From an uncultured bacterium (GTDB taxonomy: Bacteria > Acidobacteriota > Thermoanaerobaculia > Multivoradales > JAHZIX01), in the NCBI GenBank assembly GCA_965368975.1, contig CBDUPA010000012.1:32001-96000 (forward strand): DNA of 64,000 nt, in the 5' to 3' direction. Positions 31,206-41,611 of the stretch are shown piece after piece (position 1 is the stretch's first letter; every line of letters begins with the position of its first letter). A program made the translations under genes and the position numbers. A model generated the notes under the pieces. The model did not search any database. It worked only from the letters and a program-made list of their open reading frames with translations, and was not told the DNA's origin.

Positions 31206-34200
31206 CTAATACCGTCGACGCAGCTTCAAGCTCCCTAGCTCCCGCGTGACGCTGAACATCTCCGCGAGCACTCGCGCGAACGGACTGCTCGCCGCCGGCT
31301 CTTCGTTGATCGTTTCGACATCGATGCTCTTTCTCGGTCCGACGTCGCGGCCGAGGAGCACCTTGAGGAACTCCAGGTACTCTGCCAGCTGTGGGTGATC
31401 CGGGCTGACCTTGATCTCCAGGTCTTTGCCGCCGCGCTGGGCGAGGACGACGGGCTCGGTGCCGTGGAAGGAGAGGTAGGTCGTGGCGCGGCGCGCTGGG
31501 TAGACTTTCTTCAGTGGCTCCAGATCCAGCCCGCAGGGCGACGCCGGGTCGGTGGCGACGAGCCAGTAGATGGCATCTTGCGCCAGACCCTCGGGCTCTC
31601 GGCATTCGCGCAGGCGACGGAAGGCGGTGTGGGAGATGAATTGCAGGCCGGGAATGTCGGCGAAGAAGTGGCCGGCCAGGATCTCACCGGAGAGTTCCAT
31701 CAGACGTAGGGCGCGGAAGAGCCTGGACCACTGCAGGGCGGGCAGTTCGCGCGTCAGCAGCTGACGGCACAGCAGGCCGTAGCGTTCGAGCAGCAGGCGC
31801 ACGCGATCTTTGTTCAGTTCTTCGCGGTCGAGGACGTCGAGATCGTCGAGGTCGGCGGCGGTGGGCAGACGGATCCAATGACCGGGGGTGGTGGCGGCGT
31901 TGGCGCTGCCTCCCACCAAGCTGGATTGCCAGCCGGCGAGCGGGCGTCGACGCAGGCCGCGACGGGCGCTACGCGGGGTGCTGGCGACGCTGCGCGCGGG
32001 GGCGTCCTGGAACTGGAAGCGGGCCTGGACGGTCTTGCGTAGGGCGAGGAAGGTCGTGTTGGTGACGTGCCCCTGCCAGGCGAGCTCCCAGAGCTGGTCG
32101 TGCAGCTCTTCGGCGGTCGTGGCGCCTTCTCGGGAGCTGGTAAGCCGGTGCAAGAGCGTGTCGAAGGTGGGGCGGTCGGGTTGCGGGGAGTCAGCCTTGG
32201 GGAACAGCCGATCGAGGGACGAGGTCGCGCCCCGGTCCGTCGAGGGTTCTGCGCTGGCGTCGACGTCGAGCAGCAGGTCCAGGTCGGCGGCGGGCACCAA
32301 GGTGGCTCGCTTTGAACCAGTCCCGAGCCACAGCAGGTCGGTTTCTTGGAACAGGCTGTCGAGCCACTGCGGGTAGTAGGGCGCGAGTCTCGACGGCAGC
32401 AGCTCGGTTTCCCAGCTGGCGGCGGGGGCGGACCAGCCGTAGAGTGGGGCGAGGCGGGCTTGCAGGGTCTCGATGCTGTCGGGACCTCGCTCGGTCAGCA
32501 TTGTCTGGGTAGGCATCGTCTGGGCGAGGCCCTGGTGCTGGGCGAGGAAGAGGGGGAGCTCCGTCAGCGGACGCGCTTCGAACTGCGGCCGCTGCTCGGC
32601 GCGCAGCAGGCGCAGCAGGATTTCCAGGTTGTCGACGTCGCAGATTTCGGGCGTGGGAGCGTCGGAGGTGTTCTCATCGAGAGTCAGGGTGTCGACGACG
32701 AGGCGCTGGTCGTCGGCGAGCAGGGTGAGGGCTTCGTCTATCTCTCCCCACACCCGCGTTGGCATCTCGACCGGAACCGGTCCATAGAATCGCAACCAAT
32801 CTGCCAGGATAGCCGGCAAGATCTCGGATGTATCGGTTTCATCGGGGCCGCCCCTACCCACATCGGAGCGCAAGGTTTCTATCGCTCGCAACGCCTCCTC
32901 GACGTCCCCGCCGTCGACCAGCGCCTCGGGACCCAGGTCTGTCAACTCGACTCCCAGCGCGGCAAGCAGGCGCGCCACCGCCTCGACGTGCACGACCGCT
33001 GGCGAACCTCCGGGTATCTCGACGCGCAGTAGTCGATCCTGCGCCGCCTCGACCATGGTTGCCGTGACCTCGGAGGCCGTCTGCGCACCGTCTTCAGCTT
33101 CTTCCTCCCGATCCCGTACGATTGCCGCCACCAGCTCCGGCCACTCGCCGAGCGGGATCAGGACGCGCTCGTGCACCCAGTCGCGCAACTCGTCGGCGTC
33201 GCGTGGAGCGTAGCCGGGGGCGGTGCGGTGCAGCTTGGCCTGGAAGCGGGCCACCAGCTCGACGGGCAGGCGCGGACGCAGGTCACCGGCGAAGACGAGT
33301 TCCTGGATCAGGTCGCCGCGCAGCTGCGAGCCCTTCGCGCTGCCTTCGGGCACGTCGTCCTCGTACATCAGGCGATTGGTCTGCTTCCAGACGACGCTGC
33401 CGGCAAAGGGCGACGGCTCGCGTGTGTGCGCGTGGCTGACCCGGATCTCACCGCTCGCCAGCTCGCCGAGCACCTGGCGCAGGGCGTCGAGGTCGAATTC
33501 GTCCTGCAGGCAGGTGCGCCAGGTCTCGGCCAGGACGGGGAAGTCGTCGTAGCGGCTAATCGTCTCCAGGAGCTTTTTCGAGCGCGCGCGGTTGAGCCAC
33601 AGCGGCGTGCGGCTCTGGAAGCCGGCCCGTGGTAGCAGCAGGGCACGGGCGGCGTTCTCGCGGAAGCGGGCGCCGAAGAAGCCGGTGGCTTCCAGCCGGG
33701 CGCGCAGCAGGCGTTCCAGGTTGTGCTCGCCGACCAGGCTCAGCACGTCGTCGGTGGGGATGTCGTCGTTGAGGCCGAGGGCGATGCAGTCGTTGTCCTG
33801 GATGATCTCGACGGGGAAGGGAAATGCCTCGTCCCAGGCGGCCTGCAGCGCGATGGCGAAGGGCCGGTTGACGCGGCCACCCCAGAAGGTGTGCAGGACG
33901 ACGAAGCGGCGCACGCCGACGCGCGACAGGTCACGAGAACCGTTCGCGTCCTCCGTGCTCTCGGGTCGTGCCTGCGAGGCACCGCCGGCTTCGGTATCGG
34001 CATAGTGCTCGACCACCAGGTGGCGGCGGTGCGGCAGCGGCGTGTGCGTAGCTTCCTTTTGGCGGCGCAGGAAGTCGACCAGTTCGTCGGCAGCGGCGGG
34101 CGTCATGCCGTGACGCTGGCGCAGTTCCTGGGCGAACGCCGCGTTGGCCGTCTGCGCCTTTCTCGACGCTCCCTTTTGCACCTGCCGATCCGCGTGCGCC

Positions 34201-36077
34201 AGCAGCTCACCGATGCGCTCGGAGAGGTGGAAGCTGCGGTTGCGCTCCTCGCCGCGCCAGAAGGGGGCGAAGTTGGCGCCGCGCCGCGCTGGGCTGACGA
34301 AGACGTCGTTGTGGGTGATGCGGTCGATGCGCCAGGCTTGGGTGCCGAGCACGAAGGCATCGCCGAGCGAGCGCTCCCAGACGAACTCTTCGTCCAGCTC
34401 ACCGAGCTTGGCCTTGGTGTCCGCCAGGCGCAGCTGGAAGTAGCCGCGGTCGGGAATCGTGCCGCCGCTCATGTAGACCAGGCGCGCGATACCGGGGCGC
34501 CCGCGCACCGTGCCGCCGACGCGGTCGAGGTGCAGGCGTGGTTTCAAGTCGCGCAAGCGCGAGTCTGCATAGCGCCCGGCCAGCATGTCGACCACGCGGT
34601 CGAACCAGGGGCGTTCGAGGTGACGGTAGGGGTAGCTGGTGCGCAGCAGGTCGTAGAGGTTGTCGAGCTGCCAGGTGGCGCCGGCGCACATCGACACCAG
34701 AATCTGCGCCAGCACATCGAGCGGCGCGCGCACCGGCGTCAAGTCCTCGACGTCCTGGTCGAAGATGCCGCGCACGGTGACCGCGGCGTCCAAGAAGTCG
34801 CGGCCGTGGGTCGGCACGAGCAGCCCTTCGCTCACCTCGCCCACCCCGTGCCCGGCGCGCCCGACACGCTGGATGGCGGCGGCGATGGTCGGTGGGGTCT
34901 GCACCATCACGACGGCGTCGAGGGCACCGATGTCGATGCCCAGCTCCAGCGAGTTGGTGGCTACGATGGCCGCTAGCTCACCGTCCTTGAGCCGCTGCTC
35001 GACCGCCGTGCGCAGCTCACGCGACAGCGAGCCATGGTGCGCGTACACTTTTCCCTCGGTGCCCCCCAGACCTTCATTCAGCAACCGCGCCAACCGTTCC
35101 GTCAAGCGCCGGCTGTTGCAGAAGATCAGCGTCGCGCGATGGTCATCGACCACCCCGCGCAACTCGTCCGCCAGCCGGCTCCAGAAGTCGTTGCCCTCCT
35201 CCTCCGCCGCCCCGGCCGAGCTGCCGGGGGCCGGTTCCCGCAGCGACTCGGGAAAGTCGACCGTCAACTTGTAACGCTTCGGCGTCTTGGCCTCCAGCAC
35301 CGCTACCTCGCGCCGCTCGTACGCAGCCTCCCCCTCGCCGGACTGGCTACCGCCGTCCTCACCGCGCGTCGACGCCCGCAGCAGCCGGTAGCCACCCAGG
35401 AACTCCGCCATGCGCGCCAGCGGCTTGACCGTCGCCGAGATGCCGATGCGCTGGAAGTCGCCGGCTGCGGTGTTGAGAGGGACGAGCCGGTCGACCGCCG
35501 TGATCAGGTGCGTCCCCCGCTTGCCATTCGCCACCGCGTGGATCTCGTCGACGATCACCGTCTCGAGCCCGGTCAGCAGCTTCTGCCCGCCCTGCGACGT
35601 CAGCAGGATGTTCAGACTCTCCGGCGTCGTGATCAAGATCTCCGGCGGTCGTCGCACCATGCGCTGGCGCTCCTGACTTGGCGTGTCGCCACTGCGCGTC
35701 AAGGCCCGGATGCGCGGCACCGGGATCCCCGCCCGTGCAAAGCGGGCAAAGAGCGCGGCCAAGGGAGCGTCGAGATTGCGCCGGATGTCCGCGTTGAGCG
35801 CCTTGAGCGGCGAGATGTACAGCACCCGCGTGCCGCCCGGCTCCCAGGCGCCGGTGAGCAGTTGTTGCAGCGCCCACAAGAAAGCCGTGAGCGTCTTGCC
35901 ACTGCCCGTCGGCGCGCTGATCAACACATGCTCGCCCGCCGCGATGCGCGGCCAGGCGAGCGTCTGGATTTCCGTCGGGGTGCCGATGTCGTCGCGGAAC
36001 CAGGCGCGGATCTCGGGGTGGAAGAGATCGAGCGGGGCGCGGGCGTCGGAAGCGTCGGCGTTGGGGGAGGGAGTCAC
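31206..36077 (-). CDS. lhr: Lhr-family large SF2 helicase with C-terminal extension
   Basis: APTGSGKT, YISPLKAL, VDEIHA, ISAT, HHGSLS, LELGIDIG, QRVGRAGH, GGTIPDRG. Confidence 0.92.
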   Translation of the reverse strand: MTPSPNADASDARAPLDLFHPEIRAWFRDDIGTPTEIQTLAWPRIAAGEHVLISAPTGSGKTLTAFLWALQQLLTGAWEPGGTRVLYISPLKALNADIRRNLDAPLAALFARFARAGIPVPRIRALTRSGDTPSQERQRMVRRPPEILITTPESLNILLTSQGGQKLLTGLETVIVDEIHAVANGKRGTHLITAVDRLVPLNTAAGDFQRIGISATVKPLARMAEFLGGYRLLRASTRGEDGGSQSGEGEAAYERREVAVLEAKTPKRYKLTVDFPESLREPAPGSSAGAAEEEGNDFWSRLADELRGVVDDHRATLIFCNSRRLTERLARLLNEGLGGTEGKVYAHHGSLSRELRTAVEQRLKDGELAAIVATNSLELGIDIGALDAVVMVQTPPTIAAAIQRVGRAGHGVGEVSEGLLVPTHGRDFLDAAVTVRGIFDQDVEDLTPVRAPLDVLAQILVSMCAGATWQLDNLYDLLRTSYPYRHLERPWFDRVVDMLAGRYADSRLRDLKPRLHLDRVGGTVRGRPGIARLVYMSGGTIPDRGYFQLRLADTKAKLGELDEEFVWERSLGDAFVLGTQAWRIDRITHNDVFVSPARRGANFAPFWRGEERNRSFHLSERIGELLAHADRQVQKGASRKAQTANAAFAQELRQRHGMTPAAADELVDFLRRQKEATHTPLPHRRHLVVEHYADTEAGGASQARPESTEDANGSRDLSRVGVRRFVVLHTFWGGRVNRPFAIALQAAWDEAFPFPVEIIQDNDCIALGLNDDIPTDDVLSLVGEHNLERLLRARLEATGFFGARFRENAARALLLPRAGFQSRTPLWLNRARSKKLLETISRYDDFPVLAETWRTCLQDEFDLDALRQVLGELASGEIRVSHAHTREPSPFAGSVVWKQTNRLMYEDDVPEGSAKGSQLRGDLIQELVFAGDLRPRLPVELVARFQAKLHRTAPGYAPRDADELRDWVHERVLIPLGEWPELVAAIVRDREEEAEDGAQTASEVTATMVEAAQDRLLRVEIPGGSPAVVHVEAVARLLAALGVELTDLGPEALVDGGDVEEALRAIETLRSDVGRGGPDETDTSEILPAILADWLRFYGPVPVEMPTRVWGEIDEALTLLADDQRLVVDTLTLDENTSDAPTPEICDVDNLEILLRLLRAEQRPQFEARPLTELPLFLAQHQGLAQTMPTQTMLTERGPDSIETLQARLAPLYGWSAPAASWETELLPSRLAPYYPQWLDSLFQETDLLWLGTGSKRATLVPAADLDLLLDVDASAEPSTDRGATSSLDRLFPKADSPQPDRPTFDTLLHRLTSSREGATTAEELHDQLWELAWQGHVTNTTFLALRKTVQARFQFQDAPARSVASTPRSARRGLRRRPLAGWQSSLVGGSANAATTPGHWIRLPTAADLDDLDVLDREELNKDRVRLLLERYGLLCRQLLTRELPALQWSRLFRALRLMELSGEILAGHFFADIPGLQFISHTAFRRLRECREPEGLAQDAIYWLVATDPASPCGLDLEPLKKVYPARRATTYLSFHGTEPVVLAQRGGKDLEIKVSPDHPQLAEYLEFLKVLLGRDVGPRKSIDVETINEEPAASSPFARVLAEMFSVTRELGSLKLRRRY

Positions 36078-36145
36078 GCGTCTAGGATATCGCGGCGGGG
36101 TGGTGGGAAGGTCGAATCAGGCTTCGAACACTTCCGCCGCGCTGC

Positions 36146-36787
36146 TCACTCCAGCGCCGCTACCGCCTCCTGGATCTGACCCTGGTGCCGGCGGTCGTGC
36201 TGGGCTAGCAGGCGCAGCAGGCCGGCGACCTTGGTGAAGCCGAACAGGGGGCTGTAATAGAGGCCGGCGTCGAGGTCGAGGCCGGTGTCCTGGCCCAGGT
36301 GGTCGAGCTGGTCGAGGCTGGCGCGGAGGTCGGTGAACAGGTCGGCGCGGGGACGCCGGGGGCGGGGGCGGAGCATTTCGGGGGCCTGGGCGCGCACTTG
36401 ACGCTGACCGAGGAAGCCTTCGCGCACGGTGGCGGGAACGCCGAGGTTGAAGAAGAAGAAGGCGCCTTCGAAGGGCAGGCGGAAGGGGAGGGGGAGGCGG
36501 CCGATGACGGGGGCGCCGGCTTGACGTAGGTTGCGGTAGACGTAGGGGGGACGGCCTTGGCGCTGCTTTTCGATGACGGCGCCGATCTCGCGCTGGAACA
36601 TCTGGTCCGCGCGTACCAGGTGGTCGAGGACCTCGCCGACCGACCAGCGGCCGGGCTTGGGCACGGCGTCGAGCTGCTCCTGGCTCAGGTGCTCGGTGAG
36701 GGCAATGTTCTGCTCGCGCACGGTGCGCAGGTCGGCAATGGCGTCGAGGTAGCTGCGTGGGGCGTGGTGCATCTCGTGGGTCCTCAC
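36146..36787 (-). CDS. DinB-family protein
   Basis: PKPGRWSVGEVLDHL...HDRRHQGQI metal-binding His triad. Confidence 0.88.
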   Translation of the reverse strand: MRTHEMHHAPRSYLDAIADLRTVREQNIALTEHLSQEQLDAVPKPGRWSVGEVLDHLVRADQMFQREIGAVIEKQRQGRPPYVYRNLRQAGAPVIGRLPLPFRLPFEGAFFFFNLGVPATVREGFLGQRQVRAQAPEMLRPRPRRPRADLFTDLRASLDQLDHLGQDTGLDLDAGLYYSPLFGFTKVAGLLRLLAQHDRRHQGQIQEAVAALE

Positions 36788-38085
36788 ACGGTTCGACCGT
36801 CCAGCACGAACGCCGGCAGCGACGCCGCGTCGAGCCAGTCGGGGATCTGACGCCAGGTCTGTAGCGAGCCGAGGATGGTCTGGTAGTGCTGCTGGAAGTG
36901 CAGGAAGAGGAACTCCTTTTCCAGCTGCTCGGTGGAGATGCAGAAGCGCTTGCTGGCCTGGCCGAGGGTGGCCACGTCGAGCAGGCGCAGGGCGGGGAAG
37001 ACAGGGTCGAAGCGCAGGCCGCTGCCGGGTAGGCTGTGGTAGAAGCGCTTCCAGGGTTGCAGGAAGCGTTTGACGCTGGGCGGGCCGAAGGTGTTGGCGA
37101 ACTGGAAGCCCCAGGCGAAGGGGTCGGCGGCCAGGCGTAGCATGGCGCGCGGGCGTTCGGCGACGAAAGTGGCGCGGACGGTGACCTGGCCGCTGGCGTG
37201 GACGGTCCAGACGAGCAGTTCGAAGGCGGGTTCGAGTTCGCCTGGGCCGTAGCCGAGGGCGGAGGGTTCGGGCTTGCGCACGAAGGCGTAGCCGAAGCCG
37301 TAGCGGCCCAGGATGCCGGGCTCGGGGTGGTGTTCGTCGACCACGAAGTCGCGCGACAGGGCCAGGTAGTTGAACTCGCTCAGCGGCAAGCTGAGGCTGG
37401 GGCCCTGGGGGCCGAAGGGTTGGAGCTTGAACTGGAAGTCGTAGATCGGGTTGCGCAGTACCAGCAGGTCGAGATCGCTATCGCTAGTATTGGCATCGCT
37501 GGTGCTGGTACCGCCGGGGCCGAGAGTGCGCAGGTCGACGATCGCGTCGCGACGCGTTTCCCGGAACCGGTGCCACAGGCCGGGGGTCGCGTGGGTCGGG
37601 CCGCCGCGGTAGTAGAGCTGCTGGAAGCCGAAGCCTTGACGCTGGGCCGGGTCGGGGATGCACTGGCTGAGCAAGCCGAGGCCCGGGGGTGTCGGTGCGT
37701 GCGGTTCGGGGGTGCGCTGGGGCTGGCGGAAGTCGGAGACGCGCAGGAAGTAGTGCAGCACGAACTCGCGCACCTGCTCGGCCATCCACTCGGCGGCTTG
37801 CTCGACGCTCTCGCCGCCGCCGCGCGCGGTCTTGGGCTCGTCGTAGAACATCTCCTGCACGTTGCCGTTGACCGCGATCGTGCCGCTGCTCAGCGGTGCC
37901 CGGTCGAAGAAGCCGAAGCTGCGGTCTTCGGGGCGGTTGAAGACGTAGGTTTCGGGGTAGGTGCGGGCGTAGCTGCCGGCGGCGTCGGTGTGGCGCCACC
38001 AGTCGAGCAGTTCCCTGCCCGAGCGCAGCGCTGCCGGCACGCGCTCGAGGAGCTCGGACTCTTCGGGGGCCAGGGGCGTGGTCAT
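36784..38085 (-). CDS. Hypothetical protein (433 aa)
   Basis: Long ORF with host codon bias, coupled to neighbours; aromatic-rich; no recognised family. Confidence 0.8.
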   Translation of the reverse strand: MTTPLAPEESELLERVPAALRSGRELLDWWRHTDAAGSYARTYPETYVFNRPEDRSFGFFDRAPLSSGTIAVNGNVQEMFYDEPKTARGGGESVEQAAEWMAEQVREFVLHYFLRVSDFRQPQRTPEPHAPTPPGLGLLSQCIPDPAQRQGFGFQQLYYRGGPTHATPGLWHRFRETRRDAIVDLRTLGPGGTSTSDANTSDSDLDLLVLRNPIYDFQFKLQPFGPQGPSLSLPLSEFNYLALSRDFVVDEHHPEPGILGRYGFGYAFVRKPEPSALGYGPGELEPAFELLVWTVHASGQVTVRATFVAERPRAMLRLAADPFAWGFQFANTFGPPSVKRFLQPWKRFYHSLPGSGLRFDPVFPALRLLDVATLGQASKRFCISTEQLEKEFLFLHFQQHYQTILGSLQTWRQIPDWLDAASLPAFVLDGRTV

Positions 38086-38092
38086 GGTCGTC

Positions 38093-41000
38093 CTACGCTT
38101 TCGTGCGCTGTGCCGGCTTGAGATCGACGTTGGAGGTGACGCCGCCGTCGACCTGGATGCCGACGAAGGGAGCGTCGTCGGCCCGGGAGATCTGGACCGA
38201 GACCTGGTGGATGCCGCCCGGATCTTCGCTCCAGGTGCCGAAGCCGCTGAAGCTGAGCACGTCGGGTTCGCTGCCGTCCCTGGCCTCCAGCGTGTGACTG
38301 AGGTCGAGCCAGGTGAGGGTGCTCAGGCGGAAGGTGCCGCCGTGGGTGTGGTTGCTGTACTCGAACCAGGCTTCGGGGGCGCGTCGCGGATCGTGGGGAA
38401 TCGACCAGCGGTAGGAGAATTCGACGCCGGTGGCGGGGGAGCGCGCGCGCTGGACGTCGCCCCGGCTGCAGTCGTTCGGGTCGTGTGTGAGTGTGGGCGC
38501 GGCTGCAGGCGTCACGGCGCGCACGCTGCGGAAGGGGTCGAGGCGCGAGTGCTCGCGGATGAGGAGGGGGGGGCGGCCGCCGGGGGCCGCGGAGGGGAAG
38601 TGGAAGCCGGCCGGGTAGGGCAGGAAGACGTCGCCGTTCCAGCGCAGCACGAGGGTGCCGTCGGGGCCGCGTTCGAAGCAGCCGGGCCCCTGGTAGTTGA
38701 AGGAGTCGGCGGGGGTGCAGGGTTCGACCTGGATCAGCTCGGCGAACAGGGATTGCACGACGTAGCCGCGCCACAGCAACGGGCCGGCGATCTGGCCGCT
38801 GGGCAGGTGCAGGGTGGCGGTGCAGACGTTGAACGGATCGTCGGGTGAGGACAGGCCGCTCTGGTCGTAGCTCAGCTTGGGGAAGTGCATCACTGTGTCG
38901 AAACCGCCGCCGCCGCGCGAGACGCCAGGGGGCAGGAAGGGTGGCACCACTGGTGCATCGTCGAGCAAGCCGCCGGCGGGTAGGATCTGCAGCACGACGG
39001 GCACTGTGTTCCCGCAGCGCGCGCCGAATTGCACGCGCACGCGCGCCAAGAGGTGACCGCGACCGGTGGCGGGGCCGCCGAGCTCGGGGGCGTGCAGGTC
39101 GAAGGCGTCGCCGAAGCAGGTCTCGTGGCCGAAGGCGCTCAGCTCGCAGACGCGGTCGCAAGGCCAGTCGTCGACCGAGACGCGAGAGTTGGTGCTCGGG
39201 GTGGCGCGGGTGGTGAGGTAGATCCGCGGGTGCAGGGAGGTGCCGCGGGCGACGAAGCTGGCGGCCTGCAGATCCGGGGTGGTGAAGGGGAGGGCGAAGC
39301 GCACTGGTTGTTCGGCGCTGCCCGCTCCCAGCGGCACGAACATGTGAGCTGCCACCTCGACATCGAAGCCGTCACCCTGGGCCCCAGCTCCCGGGCGCGG
39401 CGTGAAGCGGGCCCAGCTGGAGCCGCCGTTGGGTTGGCCGGGGAAGGTGAGCAGGGCCGCGCGCACGGGCGGCGGCAGGTCGGGGTTGAGCGCCATCAGG
39501 CAGTGCAGGGCGGTGTTGGTGTTCTGCAGGTTGTAGTGGAAGTTGTAGACGCTCCCGGTGCGCGTGTCCAGGACGCCGCCGGAGACCAGGCCCGGCAGGT
39601 CCTGCACCTGGGTGTGCTGCACCGGCATGCGGAACAGTTGGGGGCCGCTGAGATCGCCGTCGGTGCCTTGCAGGCCGCTGGGATGACGGATCTCGAAGCG
39701 CGCCTTGCCCTCGGCGTCGGGCGGCTCGATGCGCACGTGGATCTTGCCCGACAGCGCGCTAGTGGTAGGCAGGAAGCCGCCGAAGAAGGTGCGCTCGCAC
39801 AGCCCGAAGGGCGGGAAGCCGGGCAGCAGGGGCGGCTCGCCGGGGCAGTCCACCGGCCGCAAGGCGTCGCCGACGCAGCTCAGTTCGGGGTTGACGTCGA
39901 GGGTGGCTTCCCAGCCGCCGGCCGGGATCTCGAGGGGCTGGAAGTCGGGGTCGTCGTAGGACGGATCGTCCAGGCCGCCGGCCGGAATGCCGACGGCCGG
40001 GGTGCACTGCTGCTTGCCCGGCTGTAGCGACGGATAGGTGGTCTGGATCGGCGGCTCCTGCAGGGGCTGTGCGGACGGGGGCAGCGGTGGAATGCTCGGG
40101 ATCTCGTCTGCCGTGCGGGGGTGCAGGAAGGCGTCGGTTGCCGGCTCGCCGGGGGCCAGCTGGGTGAGGGTGTTGACGTCGCTCGCCGCGATCTCGTCCA
40201 CCGGCACCGCGGTCACGGCAACGCTGCTGAACTCCTGCCCGATCCAGGCGACCATCTCGGCGGCCAAGTGGGCGTTGAGAGTCGGGCCGGGATAGGCGCC
40301 GTTGAGCAGGTAGAGACCGCCCAGGTAGCCGGCGTCGAGGTGGTGGCCGGTCGTCCCCCGTGTGGCCTGCAGGCCTTGACGCGCGACTCTCTCGACGGTC
40401 GCGTGCAGGTCGAAGACGTGGGCGCCGGCGCGCTCGGCCGCCGCGCGCACGGCGGTGTTGGCATCGGCGATGGTGGCGCGCACGGAGGCCGCCAGCGCGG
40501 CCGGCAGGATGGGGGATTCCGCCAGGGGGCCGACTTGGCGCGCCATGGTTTGGTAGCCCATGGCCCACAGGCCGGGCAGGTGGACGAGGTCGTCAGCGCC
40601 GACGCCCCAGTGCCGGTGCAGGAACTCCGGCGTGGTCTTGAGGATCGCGGCGGCGGTCTCCGGCGTCGAAAAGTAAGCGCTGTCGAGCGGGTCGGGGACG
40701 GTGGTGACCAGAGTCGTGGTGGCCGCGGGCAGCGTTTGCAGCAGGCGGGTCAGGAGCTGCTCGACCTGGTGGCCGGTGGGGAGCTGCGTGGCGTCTTGCT
40801 CGACCGCCGCGCGCAGTAGCTGGTCATAGCCGAGGCAGACCAGGGCCAGGGTCGGCTGGCGGTCGTGGGCGTATTCGGCCTGGGTGCGACCGTGGTCGGC
40901 GCCCAACTGCAGGTCGGGCAGGCCGAGGATGAAGTTGGCCAGGGTGGTGCGGCTGCAGGCGCGGTCGATCAGCGGTGCTCGCGGGCGCAGGTCGAGGGCG

Positions 41001-41611
41001 TCGGCGAAGCTGAAGCCGGGCACGGAGAGGTTGCCCAGGTCGCTGGAGCGCGGTAGCTCTTCGAGCACGGTCGACTGGCGGATGCCGGGCACGATGGCGG
41101 GCTGCGGCGGTAGGCCGATGACGTCGCCCAGGCCGGGTGGCTGCAGCAGCGGCTGGCGCAGCTCGGTGCCGATGGCCTGCGCCAGCAGGGCCGGCAGGCT
41201 GGTGGCCTGGAAGGAGCCTTCGAGCGCGAAGTGGCCCATGCCGGCGCTGAAGCCGTCGCCGAGCACGACGAAGGTCGAGGCGTCGAGACCTCGCCCGGGA
41301 CGCTGGCGCTCGGTGGCCGGGCTGAAGGCGTCGAAGACCCCATCGACGATCGAGTCCTGGACCTTCTCCGCCAGCTCGGCGGCGCGCTCGAAGGGGCCGT
41401 CCAGCTGCTCGGCGGCGCGCTGGCTGAGCTCATCCAGCTCTGCGCTGGACGCGGGTGGGCGCAGTCGTAGCAGGTTGGCCATGCCGCGCGCGCCGAGCAG
41501 GGTCATCGACCAGGCGAAGCGACCGCCGGAGCGCAGCAGGCGGGGCAGGTTCTCGAGCGGTCCGTCTAGGGGGCCGTCGGGCAGGTTGTTGGATTCATTC
41601 GGGCGTTTCAT
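38093..41611 (-). CDS. Large multidomain protein: helical module, degenerate SGNH/GDSL-like domain, beta-rich C-terminal region
   Basis: FVVLGDGFSAG, NLSVPG and LNGAYP correspond to SGNH blocks but lack the catalytic Ser and His; N-terminus resembles 49590-50279. Confidence 0.7.
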   Translation of the reverse strand: MKRPNESNNLPDGPLDGPLENLPRLLRSGGRFAWSMTLLGARGMANLLRLRPPASSAELDELSQRAAEQLDGPFERAAELAEKVQDSIVDGVFDAFSPATERQRPGRGLDASTFVVLGDGFSAGMGHFALEGSFQATSLPALLAQAIGTELRQPLLQPPGLGDVIGLPPQPAIVPGIRQSTVLEELPRSSDLGNLSVPGFSFADALDLRPRAPLIDRACSRTTLANFILGLPDLQLGADHGRTQAEYAHDRQPTLALVCLGYDQLLRAAVEQDATQLPTGHQVEQLLTRLLQTLPAATTTLVTTVPDPLDSAYFSTPETAAAILKTTPEFLHRHWGVGADDLVHLPGLWAMGYQTMARQVGPLAESPILPAALAASVRATIADANTAVRAAAERAGAHVFDLHATVERVARQGLQATRGTTGHHLDAGYLGGLYLLNGAYPGPTLNAHLAAEMVAWIGQEFSSVAVTAVPVDEIAASDVNTLTQLAPGEPATDAFLHPRTADEIPSIPPLPPSAQPLQEPPIQTTYPSLQPGKQQCTPAVGIPAGGLDDPSYDDPDFQPLEIPAGGWEATLDVNPELSCVGDALRPVDCPGEPPLLPGFPPFGLCERTFFGGFLPTTSALSGKIHVRIEPPDAEGKARFEIRHPSGLQGTDGDLSGPQLFRMPVQHTQVQDLPGLVSGGVLDTRTGSVYNFHYNLQNTNTALHCLMALNPDLPPPVRAALLTFPGQPNGGSSWARFTPRPGAGAQGDGFDVEVAAHMFVPLGAGSAEQPVRFALPFTTPDLQAASFVARGTSLHPRIYLTTRATPSTNSRVSVDDWPCDRVCELSAFGHETCFGDAFDLHAPELGGPATGRGHLLARVRVQFGARCGNTVPVVLQILPAGGLLDDAPVVPPFLPPGVSRGGGGFDTVMHFPKLSYDQSGLSSPDDPFNVCTATLHLPSGQIAGPLLWRGYVVQSLFAELIQVEPCTPADSFNYQGPGCFERGPDGTLVLRWNGDVFLPYPAGFHFPSAAPGGRPPLLIREHSRLDPFRSVRAVTPAAAPTLTHDPNDCSRGDVQRARSPATGVEFSYRWSIPHDPRRAPEAWFEYSNHTHGGTFRLSTLTWLDLSHTLEARDGSEPDVLSFSGFGTWSEDPGGIHQVSVQISRADDAPFVGIQVDGGVTSNVDLKPAQRTKA

